From: an uncultured Verrucomicrobiae bacterium
GTDB taxonomy: Bacteria; Verrucomicrobiota; Verrucomicrobiia; Chthoniobacterales; JAFAMB01
Direction of reading: 5' to 3'
Length of the DNA stretch: 64,000 nucleotides
Assembly: GCA_963813025.1 (NCBI GenBank)
Contig: CAWEXO010000015.1
Location: 32,001 to 96,000, forward strand
The notes under the pieces were generated by a model that ran no database searches, was not told the origin of the DNA, and saw nothing but the letters and a program-made list of their open reading frames with translations. A program made the translations under genes and the position numbers. Of this stretch, positions 1 to 9,937 are shown piece after piece. The first letter of the stretch is position 1; each line of letters begins with the position of its first letter.

Positions 1-660
1 CGAACAGACTTCGTCAGCGAGCAGGCGAACTGCGTAAGTGCATTCCGGATGCGCTACAACCAGCGCATCGGGATAAGTCTCTCGGACGGCCTGAATGCTG
101 TTGCGAGTAAATTCGACATGCAGGTAACAAACACCTCGCCACAGATCCATTTTGCGTCCGGTTTTTTCCATAACCCATGCTCCAAGGTTTTGGTCGGGCA
201 CAAACAGGATATTGCGGTCAGCCGGAACGGTTTGCACGATTTTGATCGCATTTCCGCTGGTGCAGATAACATCGGAGAGCGCCTTTACCGCGGCGCTGCA
301 GTTGATGTAAGCAACCACATAGTAGTTTTTGGCCGCATTTTCCTCCAAGAAAGCCTCGAGCCGATCGGCCGGACAAGACTCGGACAGTGAACAACCGGCT
401 TCCAGATCGGGCAAAACGACCGTCTTGGACGGATTGACGATCTTTGCGGTCTCCGCCATGAAATGCACACCGCAGAAGACAATAACATCGGCGGCGGTCT
501 CCTTGGCCTTGAAACTCAGACCGAGCGAATCACCGACGTAATCCGCGACGTCCTGGATCTCCGGCACTTGATAGTTGTGCGCAAGAATCACCGCATTTCG
601 CTCTTGTTTGAGCCGACGCACTTCCGCCGCCAGATCGTAGCCTTCCATGAGAGCAACCAT
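1..660 (-). CDS. nadA: Quinolinate synthase NadA (3' end runs off the window; absent from the ORF track)
   Basis: Manual translation from ATG 660: MVALMEGYDLAAEVRRLKQERNAVILAHNYQVPEIQDVADYVGDSLGLS...IVFCGVHFMAETAKIVNPSKTVVLPDLEAGCSL, matching the NadA signatures AHNYQ, GDSL, CGVHFMAE, AGCS. Confidence 0.95.
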   Translation of the reverse strand, partial: MVALMEGYDLAAEVRRLKQERNAVILAHNYQVPEIQDVADYVGDSLGLSFKAKETAADVIVFCGVHFMAETAKIVNPSKTVVLPDLEAGCSLSESCPADRLEAFLEENAAKNYYVVAYINCSAAVKALSDVICTSGNAIKIVQTVPADRNILFVPDQNLGAWVMEKTGRKMDLWRGVCYLHVEFTRNSIQAVRETYPDALVVAHPECTYAVRLLADEVCS

Positions 661-1934
661 GATTGCCAACTATCCGGTGCGGGGTTTTTCGTGCAACTCG
701 TTTTGGAGTGCGGGCGACGAGAGTCCGCACGCACTCCAAGATGCTCGCTTATCTCTCCCAACCAGATTGCCTCCACTAGTTCGCCCGGTTCCACCCGCGT
801 TCCGGGATCGACTCTCGCCAGGGCATTGGCCATGGATAAGCCGTAGAGCGCGTGCGATGCTTGATTACCAACCGGCAAAAATTTCCCTTTTTCAATCCGT
901 CCGCGAAAAAAACTTGTCCGGTCACCCGGGTTCTCTAGAAGAACTCCGGCCGGCACCTGGATTTTAGCTGGATCAAGTTGTCCGCTGCCGCCCATCCTTA
1001 AGATCGCCGGACGCACGAAGACGAAGAAGGTGACAAATGCTGAAACGGGATTGCCAGGCAACCCGAAAACCGGCTTCTCTCTTAGCTGGCCAAACAAGAA
1101 TGGTTTGCCCGGCTTGATCGCCACGCGCCATAGATCGATGTCCGCCCCCAATTTGACCAGCGCCGGTTTTGCATAGTCCCGCTGACCAACCGACATGCCG
1201 CCCATCACGACGACGGCCTCGCATTCGCCGCCGCGACTAAAAACATTTACCGTTTGATCCTCGTCATCAGCCACCAGGTCGAACAAAACCGGGTCGCCGC
1301 CCGCTTGCCGGATAAGTTCGGTGACCATGATTCGATTGGTCTCATAGATTTCTCCCGGACCGAGCACCTCGCTGCCTCCGCGCAGTTCTGACCCGGTCGC
1401 AATCACCGCGATCTGCGGGCGTCGAAAAACGATCACTCGATCCAGACCCTGCGATGCGAGCACGGCAAGCCGCGACGCCGAGAGCCTGTCCCCCGCGGTG
1501 ACCAATCGCTGGCCCTCCGCCAGATCCGCGCCTCGCGCGCGAATATTTTCCCCGGGGGAGACCGCTTCCCGAATGCAAATCGTCTCCCCGTGCCTCTCGC
1601 AGTCTTCTTGCCTGATAACGGCGTCCGCCCCTCGGGGAAGAGGCGCTCCAGTATAGATCCGAATCGCGGCGCCCTCCGCCAATGTTAGTCCCTGGTCCGG
1701 ACCCGCCGGTTGCTCGCCTGCAAGGCGCAGCCCCTCTCCCAAGCGCGCTTCCGCCGCACGGACAGCATAACCATCCATGGAAGAATTATTGAATCGGGGC
1801 AAAGGGATCGTCGCCCGGAGGGATTCAGCAACAAACCGGCCGCCGGCGGCCGAGAGCTCGATCGTCTCGGGCCGGACCGGCTTCACGCCAGCCAAAACGC
1901 GCGTCAAGGTCTCCTCAATGCTGAGCAGCTTCAT
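588..1934 (-). CDS. moeA: Molybdopterin molybdotransferase MoeA (last ~55 aa probably spurious read-through)
   Basis: SSMDGYAVR, IYTGAPLP, ATGSEL, IKPGKP, LPGNPVS motifs; homology ends near nt 755. Confidence 0.92.
   Translation of the reverse strand: MKLLSIEETLTRVLAGVKPVRPETIELSAAGGRFVAESLRATIPLPRFNNSSMDGYAVRAAEARLGEGLRLAGEQPAGPDQGLTLAEGAAIRIYTGAPLPRGADAVIRQEDCERHGETICIREAVSPGENIRARGADLAEGQRLVTAGDRLSASRLAVLASQGLDRVIVFRRPQIAVIATGSELRGGSEVLGPGEIYETNRIMVTELIRQAGGDPVLFDLVADDEDQTVNVFSRGGECEAVVVMGGMSVGQRDYAKPALVKLGADIDLWRVAIKPGKPFLFGQLREKPVFGLPGNPVSAFVTFFVFVRPAILRMGGSGQLDPAKIQVPAGVLLENPGDRTSFFRGRIEKGKFLPVGNQASHALYGLSMANALARVDPGTRVEPGELVEAIWLGEISEHLGVRADSRRPHSKTSCTKNPAPDSWQSWLLSWKATIWRRKCVGSNKSEMR
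703..739. repeat. REP-like palindrome TTGGAGTGCG...CGCACTCCAA
   Basis: Perfect 10-bp inverted arms at 703-712 and 730-739. Confidence 0.6.
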
Positions 1935-1986
1935 CCCAGGTCCACAGTGCCCTTAGGAGGTCGGATCGGCAACCCCAGATCACCTG

Positions 1987-2100
1987 GCCGATGACCAATG
2001 GCCGATGACCGATGACCAATGGCCGGGGGCCGGTGGCTGACCGATGACCGAAACTCCTTCTCCTTGAACTCCTTGACTCCTATGACTCCTGACTCCTCCC
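1987..2100. repeat. Composite short tandem repeats (CCGATGA/CCAATGG heptamers, then GACTCCT-like units)
   Basis: ccgatgaccaatggccgatgaccgatgaccaatgg...gaactccttgactcctatgactcctgactcct; shorter copy at 4603-4647. Confidence 0.8.
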
Positions 2101-2101
2101 C

Positions 2102-4552
2102 CTACTTCGACATATACTCAATCGCCGCTCGCAGGGCGATTTCTCTCGACGACCGGGCGATGCGCAATTCGTAACTTCCTTGATCAATATTCCAACGATG
2201 GCTCCGAGGATCGAAATAGGCCAGCGCCTCTGACGGAACTTCCATTTCAACTTTGTGCGATTCACCCGGGTTAAGGGTTTCTTTCACAAAACCCTTCAGC
2301 TCCTGCGGAGGTCGCTCAATCGAAGGGTGGATCGGATGGATGTAAAGTTCCGCAATCTCTGCTCCGGCGCGCGTCCCGGTATTGGTCAAGGTAAATGCGA
2401 CTTTCCAGCCGCTCGAGTCCGGCACGACCCGCAAGTCCGAGTACACGAACGTCGTGTAGGACAATCCAAAGCCGAAAGGGAATAGCGGTTGGACTCCATC
2501 GCGCTCAATTCCCCGGTATCCGACAAAAATCCCCTCGCCATACCGCATCGACCGTCCGCTGCTTCGAGCCTGGTAATACGGCGCCGACGGACAGTCTCCA
2601 AACCGGTTCTCTATTGTAATCGGCAACTTGCCGCTCGGGTCAATTTTGCCTGCAAGGATTTCGGCAATCGCCTTGCCACCTTCCTGTCCGGGGTACCAGG
2701 CGTGTAACAGTCCCGGTACTCTGTCGATCCATGACCGGCAATCCAGCGCTCCTCCGGCAAAAAGCACCACGATCGTACGCGGATTTTTTCCGGCAACCTG
2801 CTGAATCAGCTCGTCCTGGGCGTCCGGCATTTGAAACGTTCGATCGAACCCTTCGCCCTCGGTGCCGTCATTGAATCCGACACAAACGATCGCCGCGTCA
2901 TAATCCGCGATCCTGTCCGGCACTTTCACAGGCGCCCAGGCGAACTGCGCCACCGCGCCCCCGGCGCTATTCCGGTACTCGACACGCAGACGGTAGGTTT
3001 TGCCTGCCTCAAGAACGCGCGTCGCGGTATCCGTTCGCGGAGCGTGATCGACCCAGTCATCAATCACCAGAGCATCGTCGAGGTAAACCCGAATCCGATC
3101 ATCCGATCGCGCCCGGAAAACATGGGTCCCGCTCACCCAGGGGCGAATTGCGCCTGTCCACCGCACCGAGAACGCCTCCGGGAGATCTGGGATCCCGATT
3201 ACTCCATTGTCCCATCGGAAATCGATCGCCGGATCGATCCGCACCTGCTTTGGAGCACCGGCAAGATCGGGATTAGCAAAATACTCTCCGGTCAAACCGG
3301 GAACGGTCTCGCCATTGTTGGCGCGATGCTCGAACCGGGCTGAGCCGTAGTCACCTCCGCCCTCCGTGAAATAATCGATCAGCACTCTTTTTCCAAAAAC
3401 CTGGCGGAGTCCGTCGACCACCGAGACCTGACGAAACGGTCGCACGAATGAACTCCCAGAGCCAGCCGGTACACCGGGATTAGCAGCCGAACCGAGCACG
3501 GCGATTTTTTGAATCGCCGTGGAATCGAGCGGGAGCAGCCCACGTTCGTTTTTCAGGAGGACGGTACCCGCTTCAGCAACGCGCAGTGCAACTGCGTCGC
3601 TGGCCGGATCATCAAGGGGGATAGCCGGATCCCTTTGTTCCCGGTCGAGGAACCCCATCTGGATGATTGTCCGCAGAATCCGTGAGACCTTGTCATCCAG
3701 GTCTGATTCTTTGATTACCCCTACGGCCAACGCCCCGACCAGCCATTTGCGGCTGAAGTATTGACCGGCCGGCATTTCGATATCCAGCCCTCCGCGAAAC
3801 GCGGGCACGGCTTCATGCGTTGCGCCCCAATCCGACATCACAAACCCGGGAAAATTCCACTCCGATTTGAGAATCGTCCGGTTGAGCCAGGTATTCTGTG
3901 TACAATAACCCCCGTTCAGCCGGTTATAAGCATCCATCACCGCCAGGGCCCCTCCTTTCTGCACAGCAGCCTGAAACGCGGGGAGGTAAATTTCCCGCAA
4001 GGCGCGTTCATCGACCTGTATGTCGATCGTCTCGCGATTATACTCCTGGTTATTCGCCGCAAAATGTTTGACCGTCGCGACCACCCCTTGGCTCTGGACT
4101 CCCTGCACGAAAGGCACCACCGTCCGGCAACCCAGATACGGATCCTCGCCCGAGAGATATTCGAAGTTCCGCCCTCCGACCGGCACCCGATTGATATTGA
4201 TGCCTGGAGCCAGCAATATGTGAATACCTCGGGCCCGACAATCGCGTCCCATCGAAACGCCCTCGGCCTGAGCCAGTTCCGGGTCGAAACTTGCTGCTAG
4301 GGCGATTCCGGCGGGATACCTGGTGCTCGGAGTATCTTGCCGTACGCCGAGCGGACCGTCGCTCATCCGGATTTCCGGGATTTTCAAGCGCGGCAGCGCG
4401 CGGATCGACATGGCGTGTACCCCGCCGATGTAATCAATCTTCTCGGCGAGGGTCATCTGCCCGAGAATCTCGCGGGCACGCTCCTCCGGCGTGGCCGCGT
4501 CGCACAACGCGGAGATTCCAAGAGCAACAATAAAAATCAAGATGCGTTTCAC
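2102..4552 (-). CDS. Secreted GH3 beta-glucosidase with PA14 insert and Fn3-like C-terminus
   Basis: SDGPLG, GGRNFE, KHFAAN, VMSDWG, EGEGFDR, YGEGIFVGYR, FPFGFGLSYTTF; signal peptide from GTG 4552 (the ORF-track start 4651 runs into repeat DNA). Confidence 0.92.
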   Translation of the reverse strand: MKRILIFIVALGISALCDAATPEERAREILGQMTLAEKIDYIGGVHAMSIRALPRLKIPEIRMSDGPLGVRQDTPSTRYPAGIALAASFDPELAQAEGVSMGRDCRARGIHILLAPGININRVPVGGRNFEYLSGEDPYLGCRTVVPFVQGVQSQGVVATVKHFAANNQEYNRETIDIQVDERALREIYLPAFQAAVQKGGALAVMDAYNRLNGGYCTQNTWLNRTILKSEWNFPGFVMSDWGATHEAVPAFRGGLDIEMPAGQYFSRKWLVGALAVGVIKESDLDDKVSRILRTIIQMGFLDREQRDPAIPLDDPASDAVALRVAEAGTVLLKNERGLLPLDSTAIQKIAVLGSAANPGVPAGSGSSFVRPFRQVSVVDGLRQVFGKRVLIDYFTEGGGDYGSARFEHRANNGETVPGLTGEYFANPDLAGAPKQVRIDPAIDFRWDNGVIGIPDLPEAFSVRWTGAIRPWVSGTHVFRARSDDRIRVYLDDALVIDDWVDHAPRTDTATRVLEAGKTYRLRVEYRNSAGGAVAQFAWAPVKVPDRIADYDAAIVCVGFNDGTEGEGFDRTFQMPDAQDELIQQVAGKNPRTIVVLFAGGALDCRSWIDRVPGLLHAWYPGQEGGKAIAEILAGKIDPSGKLPITIENRFGDCPSAPYYQARSSGRSMRYGEGIFVGYRGIERDGVQPLFPFGFGLSYTTFVYSDLRVVPDSSGWKVAFTLTNTGTRAGAEIAELYIHPIHPSIERPPQELKGFVKETLNPGESHKVEMEVPSEALAYFDPRSHRWNIDQGSYELRIARSSREIALRAAIEYMSK

Positions 4553-4666
4553 GTTTCGCGTTTCACGTTTCGCGGCATTCAGGAAGTCCTGCAACTCCGG
4601 AACAATGGCCGATGACCGAACTCCTGGCACTCCTGGACTCCTCCTCTTCATCGTCTAAGCTTACTC

Positions 4667-5536
4667 ATGGACAACCAAGAAATTGCTGGAAGCGGAACCT
4701 TCAAACTCGGTGGCGATCTCGAAATCTATCGACTCGCCTTCGGGGCCATGCGGCTTACCGGGAAGGGAATCTGGGGCGAACCGGCGAATCCGGGCGAAGC
4801 GCGCCGAGTTCTCCGGCGCGCGCTGGAAGCCGGAGTCAATTTCATCGATACCGCCGATTCCTACGGCCCGGAGGTAAGCGAACGCCTGATTGCGGAAGCG
4901 CTTTATCCTTATCCGACAGACCTGGTGATTGCGACCAAAGGTGGACTCACGCGTTCCGGGCCGGGCAACTGGGCGCCGGTTGGGCGAGCAGAATACCTTC
5001 ACCAATGCGTGGAGATGAGCCTGCGCCGTTTACGCCTGGAAAGAATCGATCTCTATCAGCTTCATCGGATCGATCCGAAGGTTCCGATGGAAGAGTCGCT
5101 CGGCGCACTTAAAGAGCTGCAAGATGCGGGCAAAATCCGGCATATCGGGCTTTCTGAAGTGTCGGCAGAGGAAATCGCGAAGGCGCAAAAGGTGGTCCGC
5201 ATCGTGAGCGCGCAGAATGAGTACAATCTCAGCAACCGAAAATCGGAAACAACACTCCGCTATTGTGAAGAACATCAGTTAGGCTTTATCCCGTGGTTCC
5301 CGATCGCCGGCGGAGATCTGGTGAAACCAGGTGGATCACTGGACCAAATCGCCAAACGTCATCAAGCTACCGTAGCGCAAATCTCAATTGCCTGGCTGCT
5401 GCATCGGTCCCCGGTGATGCTGCCAATTCCAGGTACATCTTCGGTTGAGCATCTGGAAGAAAACCTGGAAGCGGCCAAGCTGAGTCTCGAGAAAAGCGAG
5501 TGGGAAGCTATCGAACAGGCGGCCGGTCATAAATGA
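4667..5536 (+). CDS. Aldo/keto reductase
   Basis: FIDTADSYG, IATKGG, IDLYQLHR, GKIRHIGLS, PIPGTSS. Confidence 0.93.
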   Translation: MDNQEIAGSGTFKLGGDLEIYRLAFGAMRLTGKGIWGEPANPGEARRVLRRALEAGVNFIDTADSYGPEVSERLIAEALYPYPTDLVIATKGGLTRSGPGNWAPVGRAEYLHQCVEMSLRRLRLERIDLYQLHRIDPKVPMEESLGALKELQDAGKIRHIGLSEVSAEEIAKAQKVVRIVSAQNEYNLSNRKSETTLRYCEEHQLGFIPWFPIAGGDLVKPGGSLDQIAKRHQATVAQISIAWLLHRSPVMLPIPGTSSVEHLEENLEAAKLSLEKSEWEAIEQAAGHK

Positions 5537-5538
5537 TG

Positions 5539-5618
5539 AGTGTCAGTGTCAGTGCTAGTGTCAGTGCCAGTGCTAGTGCCAGTGTTAGTGTCAGTTGCTA
5601 GTGTCAGTGTCAGTTGCC
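5539..5618. repeat. Degenerate hexamer tandem array (AGTGYY, about 13 units)
   Basis: agtgtc agtgtc agtgct agtgtc agtgcc agtgct agtgcc agtgtt... directly after the AKR stop. Confidence 0.9.
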
Positions 5619-5800
5619 GTCGTTCGCACCGACACCGGACGCCTGCAAAAGCGTGGTTCAGATTGCCTATCTAAGACAAGCGTACCGTGCCGATCGGAGT
5701 TTGCTGGCCCAAAGGTACAAAATGACTCATTTCGGGGCTCTAAACCCCGGAAAAGTCGATCGTCGAAAATAGCCCTGTGAGAGTGGGCGTGCCGCGTGAC

Positions 5801-5850
5801 GCGGAACTTGTCGCGCCGTAGTGCCGCGAAGCGGGCACGAAGGCGGACGC
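5801..5850. repeat. REP-like element, copy 1 (GCGGAACTTGTCGCGCCGTA plus hairpin); copy 2 at 7398-7440
   Basis: Identical 20-mer at 5801-5820 and 7398-7417, each followed by a short GC hairpin. Confidence 0.7.
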
Positions 5851-5896
5851 TCTTGTCCGTGTCTGGGCGATGACCCACGAGCCCGGAATCCCTCTC

Positions 5897-6982
5897 TCAG
5901 CCAAGCTCGAATTCTGCGATCACCGGCAAATGATCGGATAATGCGAGAGCACGATCCTGAATCACTTTGGAAGAGGTCAAACGGATCCTGGGAGACCAGA
6001 AAAAGTAGTCGAGTGTTTTTGCCGGTTGCCTGGCGTCAGGGCCCGGTGTCGTGAAAGTAAAATAGCGTTCTCGATCTGGCCCGAGGACATCTGCTAAAGT
6101 CGGGAAGCCTTTGTAATAAGAGAACAGTCGAGCCAACTCGGCAGGCGCCTCGACCGCAGCATCGTCGACTTGGGAGTCGGTTGATCTGCACGGAGCCAGG
6201 TTGAAGTCGCCACCCAGGATCCAGGAAAACCCAGCGCGATCGAGCTCGGCCAGATGACCGAGAATGCGCTCGACCTGGCGGGACATGATATTGGTGCGGC
6301 CAGGCCACGCCTCCAGATGTGTGTTCACGACAACGAATCTTTGTTCGGAGAATAATTCAGCTTCCAGCAAAGCTCGTTTGAGAGCGAAGTCGCGCACAAA
6401 AAAATTACCTGGTTTCAGTGGTAGCTGGTATCGGCGCCCTTGACCGATCCGGTACCTCGACAAGATCGCTAATTGCATTCCAGCCGGACCCCAGACTTTC
6501 GGATGGGGAACAAATGCAGACCGCCAGTAGTAAGCCGAGACCGCGTCGGCATAGCGGTCCGACAACAAGCTCTGAAGGACGGAAAGCTCATCGATAAACC
6601 CGGTCCGGCGCGCACCGCGATCCACCTCTTGCAAGAGCACCACGTCGGGGTTCTCGGCGCGGATTAACTGGCTTATTCCTTCGATTGTCTCGGCGACGTC
6701 CTCCGGTCGCACCTGAGTGTCCGGGCCGCCGTCGTAGAAAAACCGATACTTCGTTCCAGCAAAAAACTGAACATTATAAGTCAGGACTTTCATCCGCCGC
6801 TCTCTCGGTACATCCGGAGCGGGCCGCAGATGCTGAATCAGCAAAGAAACGATCGGCCTTGGCCGATAGTTCACCCGACCGAGAGCGGACCAAACCAACC
6901 TCAGAAAAAGAGCAACGCTGCCGGCTGCGAGATACACCAGGGACTCGAGCGTCTTACGTTTTACGTGTTGGTGTTCATTCAC
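5897..6982 (-). CDS. Endonuclease/exonuclease/phosphatase (EEP) family protein with hydrophobic N-terminus
   Basis: VLTYNVQ, VVLLQEVD, VNTHLE, GGDFN, LDY, SDHLPV. Confidence 0.9.
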   Translation of the reverse strand: MNEHQHVKRKTLESLVYLAAGSVALFLRLVWSALGRVNYRPRPIVSLLIQHLRPAPDVPRERRMKVLTYNVQFFAGTKYRFFYDGGPDTQVRPEDVAETIEGISQLIRAENPDVVLLQEVDRGARRTGFIDELSVLQSLLSDRYADAVSAYYWRSAFVPHPKVWGPAGMQLAILSRYRIGQGRRYQLPLKPGNFFVRDFALKRALLEAELFSEQRFVVVNTHLEAWPGRTNIMSRQVERILGHLAELDRAGFSWILGGDFNLAPCRSTDSQVDDAAVEAPAELARLFSYYKGFPTLADVLGPDRERYFTFTTPGPDARQPAKTLDYFFWSPRIRLTSSKVIQDRALALSDHLPVIAEFELG

Positions 6983-7033
6983 TGTTGATTTAGCAGGTTT
7001 TTAAACAGGCGAGCAGCGTCTGTTGTTACGCGC

Positions 7034-7390
7034 ATGTATGAGGTAGCGCCGCCGATGCCTTACTTCATGGAGTTCGCGCCGATGATTGGGATGCATGCCG
7101 GATACCTGCCAGGCTATCCGGCCTCTCACGGCTGTATCCGGATACCGCGCGATCTGGCTGAGAAATTTTTCAGCATGCTGGCTGTCGACACTCCGGTGAC
7201 GGTCATCGGTAATTCTTCCCAGGCGAGCCGGGTAAGGGCCGCGCTTCCGGTCGAGGGCATACCTGGCGAACGCGTCGTGGTCGTTTCGCGACGAGCGATG
7301 CGCCGGGCGGTATGGACCAACTCGGTCTACCGCACGTCCGAAGCGCAGAACCCTCCGATCATTTTCGGGGCGAGAACCGCCAGCCGTTGA
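7034..7390 (+). pseudogene. C-terminal fragment of an L,D-transpeptidase (YkuD family)
   Basis: PMPYFMEF...GMHAG...PASHGCIRIP...DTPVTV; N-terminal half and signal peptide missing. Confidence 0.7.
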
Positions 7391-7673
7391 GCGTAGTGCG
7401 GAACTTGTCGCGCCGTAATCCTCCGAAACCGGGGACGCAGCCTTGTCCTCAAAGACGGCCAGTCGGCGCTTCGTCAAGATTCGGCCGAACCTCATAGCTT
7501 GGCTCAAGCCCTGCCAAAAAGCACGGGCTGATCTGCCCTATTGGACTACGTAAACGCTTGGAAGCCAATCGCAAAGCGGCTGGGTTCACCTCCTGGCCAG
7601 TTAACTCTCTGCGGCATTCCTTTGCCAGGTTCCACCTCGCTGGGTTCCGCGTTGGTTGCATCCTACGATGCGA

Positions 7674-8198
7674 TTACTTGGCTCGTTTCCATGCCGTATG
7701 ACCCGTAAAACCTGACTCGCCGGTCGACGCAGTAGGGTTGGTCCAATTCATTTCGTCCCCTGTAAGGGTCAGAAATCGCTTCTGATCCGTTCCACTCCAA
7801 TTCGGGTACGAACTGCTCTCAATGTGAATGTTGAGCGCACGATCCGCATCATTGAACGAGTACGTACCAAAGTAGCACAGGGTTTTCTGCACAACAGCTT
7901 TGTTCTCCTCCGGGGTGCCGTCCAGACGGTTTTTGGACGCGAATTTCGGAATATCAGAGCCTATGAGCTGCACAGAAATGTGGCCGTTTCCATCCATAAC
8001 AAGGATGCCTGTCGGATCGGCGCCAAACGGGTTGAATTTGCTGCCATCCGGAGCTTCGATGTAGATTGACACGAGCGTCCAAGTTCCTACCAGTTGGTCT
8101 TTGGCGCTCTGGGCGAGCGTGTGCAGGGCAACGCCCAGAAACAGCAGCGCCACCATACCGGCAAACGGAAGGGCACTACGTCGATTTATTGCGCGCAT
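7674..8198 (-). CDS. Secreted lipocalin-like domain protein
   Basis: Signal peptide; LVGTWTLVS, YFGTY, SSYPNWSGTDQKR. Confidence 0.8.
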   Translation of the reverse strand: MRAINRRSALPFAGMVALLFLGVALHTLAQSAKDQLVGTWTLVSIYIEAPDGSKFNPFGADPTGILVMDGNGHISVQLIGSDIPKFASKNRLDGTPEENKAVVQKTLCYFGTYSFNDADRALNIHIESSSYPNWSGTDQKRFLTLTGDEMNWTNPTASTGESGFTGHTAWKRAK

Positions 8199-8526
8199 TT
8201 CCTATGGTCCTTGTTTTTGCATTTTGTTGGCTTTGAAAATCGACGTCCTCGGGTGAGACCGCTAAGGGGGTCTGATTACTGAGAGCATGCACCTTTTCTT
8301 AGCTCTTTATCCAGAACTTTCGGTTATACTGCTCGGGAAACAACTTGGGCGGGCTAGTGCCAAATTGCCAATGATGGCGCTGTTGCGCCCCCCAAATCAG
8401 AGCCGCTGTTGGACAATGGAGCTCGACATCTGGCCCTCCGCTGAAGCATTTTTTGGGATGGTATGCGCGAAAAGAGTTAGATCCGATTATTTGCAATCTG
8501 ACGCCCCCTGAATCAACACGTGCGCT

Positions 8527-9030
8527 ATGGAACTGAGCAAAGATCTTGAACTCATCGCGATGCAGGAGCGGGAGTTGCTGCTTCCGCGATTCGATGAGGA
8601 TATCGCCTGGGAGCTTGGGTTGCGATTACGCGAACTCGCGTTCTCCCGGCAGCTACCAGTGACGATCGAGGTACGCCGCTTCGGCCAGCCGCTATTCTAT
8701 AGCGCGCTGAAAGGTACTACGCCGGACAACGCTGAGTGGGTTCGGCGCAAAGGGAACGTGGTGACGCGTTTTCATCGGAGTTCCTACGCTATCGGGCTTG
8801 GTCTGCAACAAACAAACAGTACCCTTGCCGAGAAGTATGAATTGTCTCAAGCGGACTACGCCTCGCACGGTGGATCTTTTCCGTTGAGCGTGACCGGAGC
8901 CGGGGTGGTTGGATGCGTGACCGTGTCTGGGCTGCCGCAGCGTGCAGATCACGAGCTCGTAGTGGAAGCGCTGTGTGGTCAACTTGGGCGAGAATACCGA
9001 CAGCTGGCGCTGCCCGAACCGGTAGATTAA
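8527..9030 (+). CDS. Heme-degrading domain protein (UPF0303, GlcG/HbpS-like)
   Basis: [34 protein letters not shown]. Confidence 0.85.
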   Translation: MELSKDLELIAMQERELLLPRFDEDIAWELGLRLRELAFSRQLPVTIEVRRFGQPLFYSALKGTTPDNAEWVRRKGNVVTRFHRSSYAIGLGLQQTNSTLAEKYELSQADYASHGGSFPLSVTGAGVVGCVTVSGLPQRADHELVVEALCGQLGREYRQLALPEPVD

Positions 9031-9088
9031 GTGACTCCAACGCTGCCAAGAGTGTCTTGCGACGACCGCCGGTTCCACTTGCGAGTGA

Positions 9089-9706
9089 TCAGCCGCGAAT
9101 TTTTTTCGTGAGCTCCGCAACGCGCTTACCTTGGACTCGGCAGATGGCGAGATCCTCGGAAGTCGGCGCGAGTTCGCCTTTCGCACCGGAGATCGTACTC
9201 GCTCCGTAGGGCGTGCCGCCCCGCGCTTCGGTGTGGATCATTCCCTCGGTCGAATACGGTACTCCGACTATGAGCATTCCAAGATGAATTAGTGGTATCA
9301 TCATCGTGATACAGGTCGTCTCCTGTCCGCCGTGGGTGGAAGCGGTCGAGGTGAAGACGCCGACCGGCTTACCTTCCATCGCGCCGGACAGCCAGAGGCT
9401 AGCGGTGGAGTCTATGAGCGCTTTCATCTGCGCGATCATGTTTCCGTAACGCGTCGGAGAGCCGAGCAGCATGCCGTCGGCTTCACGAAGGTCATCGAGA
9501 GTACAGACCGGAATGTCCTTTTGTTCTTTCCAGATTTTGGTTGCGTAGCCCTCGCCCGCCTCCAGTTCCTTTTCAGTGTGAGGAAATTCCGGCGCGCGGC
9601 GAAAGACAGCTTCGACTCCGGCAACTGATTTGACGCCTTCCTCGACAGCTCGCGCGAGCTGCAAGCTATGGCCATAGACGGTGTAATAAACGACGAGGAC
9701 TTTCAT
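9089..9706 (-). CDS. wrbA: NAD(P)H:quinone oxidoreductase WrbA
   Basis: MKVLVVYYTVYGH, GSPTRYGNM, STHGGQETT, GGTPYGAS; start taken at ATG 9706. Confidence 0.92.
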   Translation of the reverse strand: MKVLVVYYTVYGHSLQLARAVEEGVKSVAGVEAVFRRAPEFPHTEKELEAGEGYATKIWKEQKDIPVCTLDDLREADGMLLGSPTRYGNMIAQMKALIDSTASLWLSGAMEGKPVGVFTSTASTHGGQETTCITMMIPLIHLGMLIVGVPYSTEGMIHTEARGGTPYGASTISGAKGELAPTSEDLAICRVQGKRVAELTKKIRG

Positions 9707-9937
9707 GGATGTTGTTATGTTTTGGTTAGGCTTGTTGTTTAGCGCTTCACAACCAGGAAAAATGACATTCTTTCTCCTTGCGCGCGCCAAAGGAGCTTGT
9801 GTTCTTCAGATGGGAACCGCAAGAAGCGAACTGTCAAAGTTATCAGAAAATTTGAGCTCGAGAAGCTGATATGCTGTACCCGTCTCTCAGCAGGGCCGTC
9901 CAATGCGATCGACTTCAGTTCGGCGGGGTAGTGGTTT

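Noticed and set aside
8266..8510. Possible Tn3-like MITE (GGGGTCTGATTAC...GCAATCTGACGCCCCC)
   Set aside because: The ends match only loosely and there is no clear target duplication
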